Shown piece by piece: positions 18,556-29,435 of a stretch of DNA of 64,000 nt. The notes beneath the pieces are model-generated. The model searched no databases, was not told the origin of the DNA, and saw nothing but the letters and a program-made list of their open reading frames with translations. The DNA lies in assembly GCA_022447855.1 (NCBI GenBank), contig JAKUTX010000003.1:39707-103706 (forward strand), written 5' to 3'. Numbering within the stretch: the first letter of the stretch is position 1; each line of letters begins with the position of its first letter. Source of the stretch: SAR202 cluster bacterium (lineage in GTDB: Bacteria; Chloroflexota; Dehalococcoidia; Lucifugimonadales; UBA6927). The position numbers and the translations under genes were made by a program.

Positions 18556-19230
18556 TCATTCATCCAAAATATAATTAAAGGCAGATGGACACAAAGCCAA
18601 AAACATTAAATCAAAAGCAACTATCATGCCTATCCATTTAACAAAATCCTCTGATGCTGTCCCACTTAAAAACATTTCGGTCAAAGTTACCGCAGCAATG
18701 ATTATTGGAATTACAGCGGGAAGAAAAATTAGCGGCAACATCAACTCCCTTAAACGTGTGTTAATAGCCATAACTGATGCTAACGTTCCCAAGCAAGCCA
18801 AGCCAAGTGATGTAAGGACAAAAACAGGTATTAATAATAAATCAAACAAATCAACATTGAATAAAATTACAAAAATCGGGAAAAGAAATAACTCCACAAC
18901 TAATAAAAAAACAAAACACCCCAACATCTTCCCGAAAAAAATGGCATCCCGGCTAATCGGTGCACTCAAAAGTCCAAAAATTCCCCCATTTTCATATTCT
19001 ATTATGAACGCACGATTCATTCCCAATACACAGGCAAACGAAATTGAAATCCAAAAAACTCCCGATGCTACAGATGTAATTATTGAAGACTTTGGATCTA
19101 TAGCAATACCAAATACTACTATTGTCAATAATGCGAAAACCATTACCGAAATTAAGAAATCTTTGTTACGAATTTCTAAAAGAACATCTTTCCACACGAG
19201 TGCGAAAATTACAGCAAAATATTTACTCAT
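18556..19230 (-). CDS. ccmB: Heme exporter protein B (CcmB family ABC-2 permease)
   Basis: 224 aa with six hydrophobic segments and a CcmB-like block NRAFIIEYENGGIFGLLSAPISR. It directly abuts ccmA. Confidence 0.75.
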   Translation of the reverse strand: MSKYFAVIFALVWKDVLLEIRNKDFLISVMVFALLTIVVFGIAIDPKSSIITSVASGVFWISISFACVLGMNRAFIIEYENGGIFGLLSAPISRDAIFFGKMLGCFVFLLVVELFLFPIFVILFNVDLFDLLLIPVFVLTSLGLACLGTLASVMAINTRLRELMLPLIFLPAVIPIIIAAVTLTEMFLSGTASEDFVKWIGMIVAFDLMFLALCPSAFNYILDE

Positions 19231-19965
19231 TCAACGCACCTGATTAAGGAAATCTGAATAGATTTCTTTGAATCTTTCTAAAGACATCGAATCCGTAGAA
19301 TTAATTCCTACTAAACGACCTTTTGAAAGGAACATTATTTTGTCAGAAATAGTATATGCAAAATCTAAGTTATGAGTCGCAATTAAAGAAGTACCAAATT
19401 CTTCATCACGAATACCATAGATTATTTTTTTTAGTCTAATCACACCCTCAGAGTCAAGCCCTGTTTCAGGTTCATCCATTAATAAAATTTCTGGGTTATG
19501 CAAAATTGATCTAGCTATGGAAAATCTTTTCTTTTGGCCATGAGACATCTTAGAAATTTGGATATTTTTGATACCCTCAATTCCCATCATATCAACTACT
19601 TCATTTATTCTATCCTTGAATGTGGAAATATTATAAATCCGGGCATAAAATTGCAGATTTTCAAATGCCGTCATTCCGTTATACATCATGCTATCGTGCA
19701 TCAAAAACCCAATTTTACTCCGAACACTTTGCCCCAATTTCTCGAGCTGGATCCCATTATATTTCACATCACCCGAATCTTTTTTTATTACGCCTGCCAA
19801 TAATTTAAGTAACGTAGTCTTGCCTGCGCCATTATCACCTAATATTGAAACAATTTCGCCAGGATTAAGTTCAAAATTGACACAATCCAACGCCAAATTT
19901 TTTGAATAACTCTTCGACAAACTATCAATCTCTAGCAATGTATTAATTCTTGAAATACCAACCAA
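19231..19965 (-). CDS. ccmA: Heme ABC exporter ATP-binding protein CcmA-like
   Basis: It has Walker A GDNGAGKTT, the degenerate signature MSHGQKKR typical of CcmA, and Walker B LLMDEP. The TTG start has GAGG 6 nt upstream. Confidence 0.75.
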   Translation of the reverse strand: MVGISRINTLLEIDSLSKSYSKNLALDCVNFELNPGEIVSILGDNGAGKTTLLKLLAGVIKKDSGDVKYNGIQLEKLGQSVRSKIGFLMHDSMMYNGMTAFENLQFYARIYNISTFKDRINEVVDMMGIEGIKNIQISKMSHGQKKRFSIARSILHNPEILLMDEPETGLDSEGVIRLKKIIYGIRDEEFGTSLIATHNLDFAYTISDKIMFLSKGRLVGINSTDSMSLERFKEIYSDFLNQVR

Positions 19966-20079
19966 AATTTCCTCACAAAATTTTCTCGTGCCCTTTTAAC
20001 CCATTCATACTACAATATAGCTTATTGTAAAAACATTTAAACAAACTTACCAAATGAAAAAATTTACCAGGAGATGAAT

Positions 20080-20850
20080 ATGACACTTTTTGCGAGATAC
20101 AGCTTCCATGGCGAAATTAATTACGGAATCTTGGAGGGTAGTGAAATTCAAACCATTTCTTCTGCCCCTTACAATGAATACAAACTTACTGGAGAAAAGA
20201 AAAAATTAAATGAAGTAAAACTTTTGACACCTACAAAGCCAAGTAAAGTAGTAGCTATTGGACTAAATTACAAAAGTCATCTAGGTTCAAAAACCCCTCC
20301 TTCTGTTCCAGAACCTTTCCTGAAAATCCCTACATCTATTATTGCGACTGAGGACAATATTGTTATACCAAAAGTTGCGCTCGATGAAAATGTAACAGTT
20401 CAACCAGAAGCTGAAATGGCTGTAGTTATTGGAAAAACATGTAAAAAAGCTTCTCAAGCCAATGCTACTGATTACATATTAGGATATACATGTGGAAACG
20501 ATGTAAGTGCCCGTGACTGGCAAAGTAATGACCTCCAATGGTGGAGAGCAAAATCATCTGATACTTTCACACCACTAGGACCCGTAATCAATACCGAATT
20601 AGAACACAACAATATGCGTTTAATCGGCCGTGTGAATGGAAAAGTTACTCAAGATCAAGTAACTTCTGACCTTTTGCATGATGTCCCCAAAATTATTGAG
20701 TTTGTTAGTTCGGTAATGACCCTACTACCCGGAGATGTAATAATGACTGGAACACCTGGAACTCCTCCAAACATACATCCTGGAGATGAAACCGAAGTCG
20801 AAATCGAAGGAATCGGGATCTTGAGAAATTCTGTAATAGCAGGAGAATAA
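20080..20850 (+). CDS. Fumarylacetoacetate hydrolase (FAH) family protein
   Basis: It has FAH-fold blocks VVAIGLNYKSH, PEAEMAVVIGK, GYTCGNDVSARDWQ and GDVIMTGTPGT. I chose the second ATG (20080) because AGGAG would be adjacent to the first ATG (20074). Confidence 0.85.
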   Translation: MTLFARYSFHGEINYGILEGSEIQTISSAPYNEYKLTGEKKKLNEVKLLTPTKPSKVVAIGLNYKSHLGSKTPPSVPEPFLKIPTSIIATEDNIVIPKVALDENVTVQPEAEMAVVIGKTCKKASQANATDYILGYTCGNDVSARDWQSNDLQWWRAKSSDTFTPLGPVINTELEHNNMRLIGRVNGKVTQDQVTSDLLHDVPKIIEFVSSVMTLLPGDVIMTGTPGTPPNIHPGDETEVEIEGIGILRNSVIAGE

Positions 20851-20885
20851 TTTCAAGAAAGCTTGATGAAAAACCAAACTGAATC

Positions 20886-21620
20886 TCAAAATATAGAATT
20901 CAGTCTTATTTGCATTAAAGCTTGTCCAGTTCCAAACAACCAATAATAAATTAAATATATACCAGCAAAAACCATTAATAAATTTCCCATCACTTCGAAA
21001 TACGGGAAAACTCTTTTAATGAGTATTGTTGCAATCCCTTTGGCAGAAATTACTCCAATTGTGGCAAACAATATAGTAGTCCCCATACCTAATGCATAAA
21101 CAAATGTTGCCACAAATACTTCCGCAAAGCCCAAAAAATCAGCAGGCCCTTTACCTATGGTTACTCCAATTGCTGCCACAAAGACTGGCAAAGCACAACT
21201 AAGAGATGCTGCAGCATAGCCTACTCCAAATAAAAAAAGCCTGAATATTCCTTTACCCCCTGAAAAATTAACTCTACTAGCGACCAAAATTCCAAACTTT
21301 TTCTTAGATACAAGAAGAAAAAGTCCTAGAATGAATATCAATAATCCAACTCCAAGACCTAGAAACGGCATCAAATCTATTAAAAACCATGAAGTGAATC
21401 CTAATAAAATCCCAATAGCAGAAAACACCAAAATAAATCCTAGAGTTGTAATGAAAGCAATTTTCAAACCATATAAAACCAACCTGTAAGGATTAAAAAT
21501 TGGTTTAGAAACCTCTAATTGATACCCAACAAATGCTGGGAACATAGCAGCGCCACATGGATTAAAAGCGGCAACAACACCAGCGAAAAACGCAAAAAAT
21601 ATGACTGCAGGATCAGACAC
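20886..21620 (-). CDS. ccdA: Cytochrome c biogenesis thiol-disulfide transporter CcdA/DsbD-family
   Basis: It is a polytopic membrane protein with the two conserved Cys-containing helices (FNPCGAAMFP and SLSCALPVF). Confidence 0.7.
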   Translation of the reverse strand: MSDPAVIFFAFFAGVVAAFNPCGAAMFPAFVGYQLEVSKPIFNPYRLVLYGLKIAFITTLGFILVFSAIGILLGFTSWFLIDLMPFLGLGVGLLIFILGLFLLVSKKKFGILVASRVNFSGGKGIFRLFLFGVGYAAASLSCALPVFVAAIGVTIGKGPADFLGFAEVFVATFVYALGMGTTILFATIGVISAKGIATILIKRVFPYFEVMGNLLMVFAGIYLIYYWLFGTGQALMQIRLNSIF

Positions 21621-21715
21621 TTGAAATTCCTTTATAAATCAAACACTGAAGGAAAATTCAGAGATTGAGAATATTGCTTCGCCCAAAATCTACAATTCCG
21701 ACACTAATAAATATT

Positions 21716-22768
21716 TTATCCAATCTCAATCATTCTTTGTACAGAACGAGCAGCTCGGTTAGCAATATCATTAGGAACATGAACCTCATATTGAGAATTT
21801 TTTAGACACTCAAGTGTATCCTCTAAAGTAATTTGATTCATATGAGGGCACCTCACACTACACATTCTAAGCATTTCTTTATCAGGATTTTCTGAGGCGA
21901 TATTGTCTCCCATAGAACATTCGGTCAACAATAAATATTTTGAAGCCTTCGATTCAGAGGTGTATCTGATCATTGCATTAGTGCTACCTGAAAAATCAGA
22001 TGCTTCTACAACTTCAGGACTACACTCAGGATGAGACAAAATCAAAACATCAGAAAACTGCTTTCTAACACTATTAATATCCTCTACGGAAAATTTTTCA
22101 TGAACCTCACATCTACCTGCCCATCCAATCATCTGAAATTCAGAAAAATCTTCAGGCTGAAATTCCTTAGAATGAACATCAGGAAATGCAATCGTATATC
22201 CAAGTTGTGCTGCGACATTCTTAGATAAATACTCATCCGGAATAAAAATTACCTGATCAACCCCCAGTGATTGCACTACTGCAGATGCATTACTAGATGT
22301 GCAACAAATATCACACTCAGCCTTCACATCAGCATATGTATTTACATAGGTGACTACAGGGACACCCGGAAAACTTTTCTTAAGCTTTTTAACATCTTCC
22401 GCTGTAATGCTTGAAGCAAGAGAACAACCTGCCTTTTGAGAAGGAATTAAAACTTTTTTATCAGGACTTAAAATTTTAGCAGTCTCAGCCATAAACTGAA
22501 CTCCACAAAAAACTATCACGTCCTTATCTGTTTCAGCCGCTCTCCTACTTAGCTCAAGAGAATCACCTACAAAATCAGGAATAGAATGAAACAATGCTGG
22601 CTCCATGTAATTATGACCAAGGATCACTGCATTCATCTCTTCTTTAAGAAGATTTATTTCATATGCCAATTCAGATTTTAATTTCAATTCAAAATCTGGG
22701 ACGATCCCCGAAAGTTTTGATTCTAAATGCTTGAAAATTTCCAAGGAACTCTTTTTTGTAGTAGTCAT
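21716..22768 (-). CDS. nadA: Quinolinate synthase
   Basis: It has the conserved blocks ILGHNYM, FCGVQFMAETAKIL and THPEC-like SHPECSPEV. The three cluster Cys residues are spaced as in NadA. Confidence 0.9.
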   Translation of the reverse strand: MTTTKKSSLEIFKHLESKLSGIVPDFELKLKSELAYEINLLKEEMNAVILGHNYMEPALFHSIPDFVGDSLELSRRAAETDKDVIVFCGVQFMAETAKILSPDKKVLIPSQKAGCSLASSITAEDVKKLKKSFPGVPVVTYVNTYADVKAECDICCTSSNASAVVQSLGVDQVIFIPDEYLSKNVAAQLGYTIAFPDVHSKEFQPEDFSEFQMIGWAGRCEVHEKFSVEDINSVRKQFSDVLILSHPECSPEVVEASDFSGSTNAMIRYTSESKASKYLLLTECSMGDNIASENPDKEMLRMCSVRCPHMNQITLEDTLECLKNSQYEVHVPNDIANRAARSVQRMIEIG

Positions 22769-23622
22769 GAATTTCGCCCCTCAAATTGAGAATTCAATAA
22801 AAAACTAATATCCATCGCTTTCACCGAATGAGTTAATGCACCAACAGAAATGAAATCCACTCCTGTATATGCCACATCTTTCACATTAGCAAGTGTAACA
22901 TTACCTGAAGCTTCCAAGGGAACCTTACCATTAACTATTCTAACAGATTTAGTCATATCTTCTAAATTCATATTGTCTAATAATATTCTATCAACTTCTA
23001 AATCGATGGTCTCTTTTAATTCTAAAATGTTTTTTACTTCAACTTCAACCACAAGGTGTTTATATTTTCCATTTCTCACTCTAGATACTGCCTCAGAAAT
23101 ACTTCCTGATGCTTCAATATGATTCTCCTTGATTAAAACCATATCGTACAATCCCTCTCTATGATTAACCCCTCCTCCTAAAGAAACTGCCAATTTATCT
23201 AAAAGTCGAATCCCGGGGGCTGTTTTTCTGGTATCTAGTATTTTGGCTTTTGTACCTTGTACTGCATCAACAAATTTACTGGTCGTTGTTGAAATACCCG
23301 ACATCCTCTGTAAAAAATTTAATGCCACTCTCTCACCACTTAGTAAAGCCCTACCGGACCCTCTTACAGTGGCTATAATTTCTCCAATTTTTATTTTTTC
23401 TCCATCATTTTTTTTAATTGAAAATCGTACATTTTTATCTAGAGTATTAAACACAAGTGACGCGACTTCTAAACCTGAAACTACTCCATCCTGCCGACTA
23501 AGAAACTCCCCAAAAAAAATATCATTTGGTTTGACGGTTGAAAGAGTCGTTACATCTCCATCAGCAACATCTTCATTTAGAGCAGTCTCAATAATCTTGT
23601 TAATTTTAGGCACCAAATTCAT
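22765..23622 (-). CDS. nadC: Nicotinate-nucleotide (quinolinate) phosphoribosyltransferase, carboxylating
   Basis: It has ALNEDVADGDVTT, LDTRKTAPG, IKENH and VEVEV blocks. Its stop overlaps the nadA start by 4 nt. Confidence 0.9.
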   Translation of the reverse strand: MNLVPKINKIIETALNEDVADGDVTTLSTVKPNDIFFGEFLSRQDGVVSGLEVASLVFNTLDKNVRFSIKKNDGEKIKIGEIIATVRGSGRALLSGERVALNFLQRMSGISTTTSKFVDAVQGTKAKILDTRKTAPGIRLLDKLAVSLGGGVNHREGLYDMVLIKENHIEASGSISEAVSRVRNGKYKHLVVEVEVKNILELKETIDLEVDRILLDNMNLEDMTKSVRIVNGKVPLEASGNVTLANVKDVAYTGVDFISVGALTHSVKAMDISFLLNSQFEGRNS

Positions 23623-23790
23623 AGTTGGACAAAGTTATCATTAACTCCAAAATAGTTCAATCTTAAAAAACAATCTATTTTTTTACTTTTGGGGAATCTA
23701 GTTCAATTGACATCTGACCAACTTTTTGTTAATTTCCAATCACTATAATTAACTATCTCGTGCGGCAAATAGACTTGGGGGAAGCCTAAA

Positions 23791-25551
23791 ATGACACAGA
23801 CATTTCAACCGGATTCTAGCAGAGTACTAGAAATTAGGGCTGATGAAATTGATGACTTTGAAGAACAAGTAACAAAATTCCAAGCAGGTGAATGGGACCC
23901 CACTCAATTTATGGCATTCAGACTTCGCCAAGGTATCTATGGTCAAAGGCAACCTGATGTTCACATGGTAAGGGTTAAAGCTCCTTTTGGAGGATTAACA
24001 GCAGACCAGTTAGATGCACTAGGGGAAGTAGCTGAAAGATTCGCTCCACTTGGCAAAGGCCATGTTACAACTCGAGAAAACATTCAATTCCATCATGTTT
24101 TGCTTTCTGACGGGGCTCCCTTAATGCGAATTTTAGGGGAAGTTGGTTTAAGCACTCGTGAAGCTTGCGGAAACACAGTAAGAAACGTTACCGGCTGTCC
24201 AAGTGCTGGAGTCTGTTCTGATGAACCTTTCGATGTCACTCCATATGCAGCCGCTTATTCTCGTTATTTTGTCCGACACCCGTTTAGTCAAGCAATGCCA
24301 CGCAAAATCAAATCTGCCTTCTCTGGGTGTATGGCTGATTGTGCTATAACCGCAATCCACGATGTTGGATTTTTACCTGTAATTAAAAATGGTGAGCATG
24401 GATTTAAAATGGTAATGGGTGGTGGAACTTCTATTATGGCTAGAATTGCTCCCACTCTGTACGAATTTGTCTCTGTAAAGGATTATTTAAAAGTCACAGA
24501 AGCAGCTCTAAGAGTATTCCATAAATCTAATGAACTTCGAAAAAACCGCTCTAAAGCGAGAGTTAAATTCTTAATTGACAGAATTGGAATGGACGAATTC
24601 AGAAACCTTGTCGAAGAGGAACTCTCTAAACCATGGGCTCAGAGATCTTTCGACCCAGAAGACTTACTATTTGTGGAAGATGAAGAATCAACTGCAGTTT
24701 CTAATGACACTGATTGGTTACCCGAAGAGAAAGATAATACAGATTTTACAATCTGGAAATCTAGCAATGTTTCTAAACAAAAACAACCGGGCTACAACAT
24801 GGTCACAGTCAAATTACCATTAGGGGATATCCAAGCGAATCAATTTCATCAACTTGCGACTATTGCCCGCAAATTCTCTGGTGGACATGCTAGAGCCACT
24901 CACCAACAAAACTTGGTCTTCAGGTGGGTACACGATAATGCATTATTCTCTATTTGGAAAGAATTATCCAATATTGAACTAGGTGATTCAGGCTCTGAAA
25001 CAATCAAAGATATCGTTTCCTGTCCTGGAACTGACAGTTGTAAAATGGGTATTACATCTTCAATGGGCCTAGGAAGAGCATTATCAGAAGCCGTAGAAAA
25101 TATTTCCGATAATGATGAATTAACATCAAAGATGCATGTGAAGATGAGCGGTTGTCCTAATGGATGCGGACAACATCATATTGCAGATATTGGATTTCAT
25201 GGTGCTGCACTGAAAGGTCCAGGAGGGCAAATCCCAGCATATGACCTTTTTATTGGAGGAACATATGGAGATGGAGAAACCAAAATTGGTCAACGTGTAA
25301 GGGCCAGAATTCCTACAAAAATGTTGCCACAGGCTACTCAGAAAATTTTATCTTATTATCAAAACTCTCGTTTAGCAGATGAAGAATTTAAAGATTTTGT
25401 TGAAAGAGTTGGAACTGATCCATTCGCAGAGCTAATGGAAGAATATAAAGACCTCCCTGACTTAGATAGAGATTCTATAGAATTCTACATGGATTGGGAT
25501 AAAACGATCAAATATCAAGTTGAGCGTGGCGAAGGTGAATGTATGGTCTAG
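23791..25551 (+). CDS. sir: Ferredoxin-dependent sulfite/nitrite reductase (siroheme-[4Fe-4S] hemoprotein)
   Basis: It has two NIR_SIR repeats. The cluster/siroheme Cys motif is SCPGTDSCKMG...SGCPNGCGQHH. Confidence 0.85.
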   Translation: MTQTFQPDSSRVLEIRADEIDDFEEQVTKFQAGEWDPTQFMAFRLRQGIYGQRQPDVHMVRVKAPFGGLTADQLDALGEVAERFAPLGKGHVTTRENIQFHHVLLSDGAPLMRILGEVGLSTREACGNTVRNVTGCPSAGVCSDEPFDVTPYAAAYSRYFVRHPFSQAMPRKIKSAFSGCMADCAITAIHDVGFLPVIKNGEHGFKMVMGGGTSIMARIAPTLYEFVSVKDYLKVTEAALRVFHKSNELRKNRSKARVKFLIDRIGMDEFRNLVEEELSKPWAQRSFDPEDLLFVEDEESTAVSNDTDWLPEEKDNTDFTIWKSSNVSKQKQPGYNMVTVKLPLGDIQANQFHQLATIARKFSGGHARATHQQNLVFRWVHDNALFSIWKELSNIELGDSGSETIKDIVSCPGTDSCKMGITSSMGLGRALSEAVENISDNDELTSKMHVKMSGCPNGCGQHHIADIGFHGAALKGPGGQIPAYDLFIGGTYGDGETKIGQRVRARIPTKMLPQATQKILSYYQNSRLADEEFKDFVERVGTDPFAELMEEYKDLPDLDRDSIEFYMDWDKTIKYQVERGEGECMV

Positions 25552-25627
25552 GTCTCACTGCGAGACGTTGGGGCAAAATCATTTCGAATTCTTGTTTAGC
25601 GTAAATTGATGCTATTTCTTCAAAATT

Positions 25628-25945
25628 TTACTTCCTGGTAATGAAAATTGTTGCGTATCCCAAGATGAAAATTAGTAATGCTCCAAGAGCTACAAACTGT
25701 GCAACAGAAGGAATTAAAAACTTAAATACAATCGAAGATACCAGCGTAATTAAAGACACCAAAAGGATCAATCCAGAAGAAAAAGGCCAAAAGCTAATTC
25801 TAAGATTTTCTTTCATTTTTAAAAAATAATATTGAAAAACTGAGAACTGATCATCATACGAAATATCTACCAAATCCGGATCTTCAGATTCGTCGGCCAG
25901 TCTCAGGATTTCTTCAATCTCTCTTTTGTATTGTTGTTCAGGCAT
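25628..25945 (-). CDS. Hypothetical small membrane protein (acidic N-terminus plus two TM helices)
   Basis: 105 aa. The N-terminal 45 aa are acidic and soluble, followed by two hydrophobic helices. I recognise no motif. A coherent hydrophobicity pattern is the only evidence that it is coding. Confidence 0.45.
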   Translation of the reverse strand: MPEQQYKREIEEILRLADESEDPDLVDISYDDQFSVFQYYFLKMKENLRISFWPFSSGLILLVSLITLVSSIVFKFLIPSVAQFVALGALLIFILGYATIFITRK

Positions 25946-26155
25946 CTTGTTTAACCAAAAATGAAAATTATCCTATAAATTTAATATTTCTATATAAACA
26001 AATCAACAAGAACTTTCCGAATTTGATAAGAATAGTATAGAATTAGGTTATATCGTTAACATTCTCCAATAAGAATTCGATAACTTTCACCCCAGAACAC
26101 TTTAACTATAGATTTTTGTGGTGCTAGTATTAAATTACGATCAATAGGAGTTCCG

Positions 26156-27502
26156 TTGAAAATAACACGAGAAAAAGAAATCGACTTGCAAGCTATATTA
26201 CTTGTTGAACTTGAAGAAGAAGACCTAGGTCAATATTTAGAAAGAGGATATAAAAAGGCGGTTCAACGTGTGAACATCCCTGGTTTTCGAAAAGGAAAAG
26301 TGCCTAGATCAATGTTAGAACAATACATCGGCAAGGAAGGTCTATTAAATGAGGTATTAGACACAATGGTACCTGAAGTAGCTTCTGAAGCGGTCGATTC
26401 CCAAGATTTGAATCCTTCTTCCTATCCTCAAATTGAAATAATTTCAATGGATCCTTTTAATTTTAAAGCTACTGTACCTCTTCAACCAGAAGTAAAACTC
26501 AATGATTACACTTCCCTCAGGATTCCATTAAACATCCCAGAAACTACCGACCAGGACATTGAAGCAGAAATTAAGCAATTACAAGAACGTTCTTCTACAT
26601 GGAAACCTGCTGAACGAGAGGCACAATTTGACGACCTTTTAACCATAACTGCAGTCGGAAATGTTGAGGGTGAAACCAAAATGAATGAAAGTGATGTGGT
26701 TTTCTTAATGGATCCTCAAAGTAACCGTCCAATGCCAGGATTTGTAGAAGCTTTGGTAGGATCCAAAGTAGATGAAAATAAAGCTTTTAACATTGAAATT
26801 CCCGAAGACTTCCCTGACCAATCAATCGCTGGAAAAGAAATGGAATTTAATGTTTCGATTTCTGAAATCAAGGAAAAAGATCTTCCTGAATTAGATGATG
26901 AATTTGCTAAAACTGTTGGGGACGGACACGAATCAATTGATGCCCTTAGGGAAAGTGTTAAAAACGACTTAATCCTTTCAACTGAAACTCAAACAAAAAG
27001 AGAATATCAAAACTCTGTGATTGAATCCTTGATTGAATTAGCAGAATTTAGATTTCCTCCACTGCTAATAGAACATGAAATTACACGTATCAACGAAGAG
27101 AGAGATAGAATATTTCAACAGATGAATATACGTGTAGATGATTACCTAAAATCTATTAACAAAACCGCTGAAGAAATGGAAAATGACGTCAAAGAAGAAG
27201 CCTCTACAAGAATTAAGCAATCTTATCTAATGAAAAATATTTCCGAATCCGAAAATATTGAACCTTCAGAAGATTTAATCGAAGAACGAATCAAAGAATA
27301 TATCCAAGAAAATCAATCTGAGCAAAATCCTATACAAGAAACTGAAGATCTACGAGAATCTATCCAAAGATCACTTGTCTCTGAACAAACGATTGAAAAA
27401 TTAGTCTCTATTGCAAGTTCAAATGAAATTACCAATCCGTCTAAAAATGAAGACGGAGAAGTCAATGATGACAAAAAGGAGAAAATTGACAATGACGATT
27501 GA
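26156..27502 (+). CDS. tig: Trigger factor
   Basis: It has the ribosome-binding signature GFRKGKVP and the conserved tig-clpP-clpX order. The TTG start has AGGAG 6 nt upstream. The C-terminal tail is long and acidic. Confidence 0.9.
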   Translation: MKITREKEIDLQAILLVELEEEDLGQYLERGYKKAVQRVNIPGFRKGKVPRSMLEQYIGKEGLLNEVLDTMVPEVASEAVDSQDLNPSSYPQIEIISMDPFNFKATVPLQPEVKLNDYTSLRIPLNIPETTDQDIEAEIKQLQERSSTWKPAEREAQFDDLLTITAVGNVEGETKMNESDVVFLMDPQSNRPMPGFVEALVGSKVDENKAFNIEIPEDFPDQSIAGKEMEFNVSISEIKEKDLPELDDEFAKTVGDGHESIDALRESVKNDLILSTETQTKREYQNSVIESLIELAEFRFPPLLIEHEITRINEERDRIFQQMNIRVDDYLKSINKTAEEMENDVKEEASTRIKQSYLMKNISESENIEPSEDLIEERIKEYIQENQSEQNPIQETEDLRESIQRSLVSEQTIEKLVSIASSNEITNPSKNEDGEVNDDKKEKIDNDD

Positions 27503-28100
27503 GCCACAAAGTATTATCCCAATGGTGGTAGAAACCGGTGCTAGAGGAGAGCGAGCATATGATATATACTCTTTACTTCTCAAAGAAAGAATTGTATTCC
27601 TGGGAACTCCAATCAATGATCAGGTTTCCAATGCTATAGTTGCACAATTACTTTTCTTAGCGCGGGAAGACCCCGAAAGAGACATTCAACTTTATATCAA
27701 TAGCCCTGGAGGAGTAGTTACCTCTGGTCTTGCAATATACGACACCATGCAACAAATCCAACCAGATGTCTCCACAATTTGTGTAGGCCTTGCCGCAAGT
27801 ATGGGAACTGTCTTGCTTTGCGGTGGAGCTAGTGGAAAAAGATATTCACTCCCAAATTCCACAGTACATATGCACCAACCGTTGGGAGGAGCTCAGGGAC
27901 AAGCATCAGATATTGAAATTGCAGCAAGAGAAATTTTGCGAGTTCAAGACCGATTGAGACAAATTATTTCTTCCCATACCAAACAACCATATGATCGCGT
28001 TGCAAGAGACTCTGATCGTGATTATTATCTCAATGCTGAAGAAGCATTGGACTATGGCTTAATAGACGATATTTTAAAATCAAACGACTCAAATTCCTAA
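27492..28100 (+). CDS. clpP: ATP-dependent Clp protease proteolytic subunit
   Basis: It has [19 protein letters not shown], catalytic Ser in GLAASMG and His in VHMHQP. The ORF-track start (27411) lies inside tig. ATG 27492 has AAGGAG 10 nt upstream and gives a normal ClpP N-terminus. Confidence 0.9.
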   Translation: MTIEPQSIIPMVVETGARGERAYDIYSLLLKERIVFLGTPINDQVSNAIVAQLLFLAREDPERDIQLYINSPGGVVTSGLAIYDTMQQIQPDVSTICVGLAASMGTVLLCGGASGKRYSLPNSTVHMHQPLGGAQGQASDIEIAAREILRVQDRLRQIISSHTKQPYDRVARDSDRDYYLNAEEALDYGLIDDILKSNDSNS

Positions 28101-28118
28101 ATAATTTAAGGTGATTGA

Positions 28119-29435
28119 ATGACTAATAATGCACGCACGGATTATCAATGCTCTTTTTGCGGGAAACCTCAAGCAAAGGTAAGACGTCTAATTGCTGGGC
28201 CAGACCGTGTGTTCATTTGTGATGAATGTGTTTCTTTATGCGGACAAATTATTTCTGAAGATCCAACCACAACTCATCAAGATAAATCAAAATCTATTCC
28301 CTCAAATAAATTAAAACCTAAAGCAATTTTCGACCAACTTGAGCAATATGTAGTCGGCCAAAAATATGCAAAGAAAGTCATAAGTGTTGCGGTATACAAC
28401 CATTACAAACGTATCCACTCTCAACATAATGAATCTGATACCGAATTACCAAAAGCTAATGTACTTATGATAGGACCTCCTGGCTCAGGAAAGACTTATT
28501 TAGCTCAAACTCTTGCGAAAATCCTTGATGTGCCATATGCAATTGCAGACGCCACAGCCCTAACTGAAGCTGGTTACGTAGGAGAAGATGTTGAAAACAT
28601 TCTGTTAAGACTTATTAGCGCAGCAGATTTCGACATTGATCGAGCTGAACATGGAATAATATATATTGACGAAATAGACAAAATCGCTAGAAAAGGTTCT
28701 AACCCTTCAATTACCAGGGACGTTTCAGGCGAAGGAGTGCAACAAGGTCTTCTGAAAATCATTGAAGGCTGTGTTGCTAACGTTCCTCCACAAGGCGGTA
28801 GAAAACATCCTCACCAAGAATTTATGCAAATCAAAACTCACAACATTTTATTTATGTGCGGAGGAGCATTTGAGGGAATGTCAGAAATCATAGAAAAACG
28901 TGTTTTCAAAGACACTCGAAAACTTGGTTTTAAATCTTCATCCGAATTTTCTAGCCCTACCAATTTCCCTGAGAAAGATTTATTTAAGCATATTGCTGTC
29001 GAAGACTTGTTGGAGTACGGATTTATACCAGAATTCGTTGGGAGACTTCCAGTCCATGTTGGTTTAGAACAATTAGACCAAGATGCCTTAATACAAGTTT
29101 TAACAGAGCCCAAAAATGCACTGGTAAAACAATACGAATATCTCTTCAAAATGGACAACGTTGACCTAGAATTTGAAAAAGAAGCCCTAAAATTAACAGC
29201 ACAATTAGCTATTAATCAAAATTCTGGTGCACGAGGATTAAGAACTATTTTGGAAAAAACACTCTTGGATATAATGTATGAATTACCTAATCTGAATCGT
29301 GTTTCAAAATGTATTGTCGGCCCCAAAGCTATTACAGGTGAAAGCTCCGTCGACCTTATATCCAAATCTGGATCAAAACTCCAATTCCCTCAGAGATCTA
29401 GTACCCCGTCAAAAAAAGAATTGAAATCAGCTTAA
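28119..29435 (+). CDS. clpX: ATP-dependent Clp protease ATP-binding subunit ClpX
   Basis: It has the N-terminal zinc ribbon CSFCGK...CDEC, Walker [17 protein letters not shown] and the GARGLR sensor. Confidence 0.95.
   Translation: MTNNARTDYQCSFCGKPQAKVRRLIAGPDRVFICDECVSLCGQIISEDPTTTHQDKSKSIPSNKLKPKAIFDQLEQYVVGQKYAKKVISVAVYNHYKRIHSQHNESDTELPKANVLMIGPPGSGKTYLAQTLAKILDVPYAIADATALTEAGYVGEDVENILLRLISAADFDIDRAEHGIIYIDEIDKIARKGSNPSITRDVSGEGVQQGLLKIIEGCVANVPPQGGRKHPHQEFMQIKTHNILFMCGGAFEGMSEIIEKRVFKDTRKLGFKSSSEFSSPTNFPEKDLFKHIAVEDLLEYGFIPEFVGRLPVHVGLEQLDQDALIQVLTEPKNALVKQYEYLFKMDNVDLEFEKEALKLTAQLAINQNSGARGLRTILEKTLLDIMYELPNLNRVSKCIVGPKAITGESSVDLISKSGSKLQFPQRSSTPSKKELKSA

Noticed and set aside
18626-19243. 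A 205-aa plus-strand ORF covering the whole of ccmB, plus similar long antisense ORFs at 45544-46029, 5984-6349, 23243-23644 and 62430-62873.
   Set aside because: They are shadow ORFs opposite well-supported genes. Their translations are low-complexity (K/N/I/S/T-rich or P/S-rich) with no motifs. The sense-strand proteins have clear family signatures. Stop-poor antisense frames are expected in AT-rich membrane-protein genes.
20010-20028. A palindrome, TACAATA-TAGCT-TATTGTA, between ccmA and the FAH gene. Also a 7-bp inverted repeat TGAATCA...TGATTCA with a 12-nt imperfect direct repeat at 55067-55111.
   Set aside because: The arms are short (7 bp) and AT-rich, at a frequency compatible with chance. 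One overlaps a -10-like TACAAT and may just be promoter sequence.
25946-26155. A 210-nt gap upstream of tig, and a 141-nt gap after the second tRNA (60493-60633), as possible small-RNA genes.
   Set aside because: Both are extremely AT-rich, and I could find no extended helices or terminator-like structure by eye. They are most simply divergent or upstream promoter regions. An Rfam or covariance scan would be needed to exclude a small RNA.
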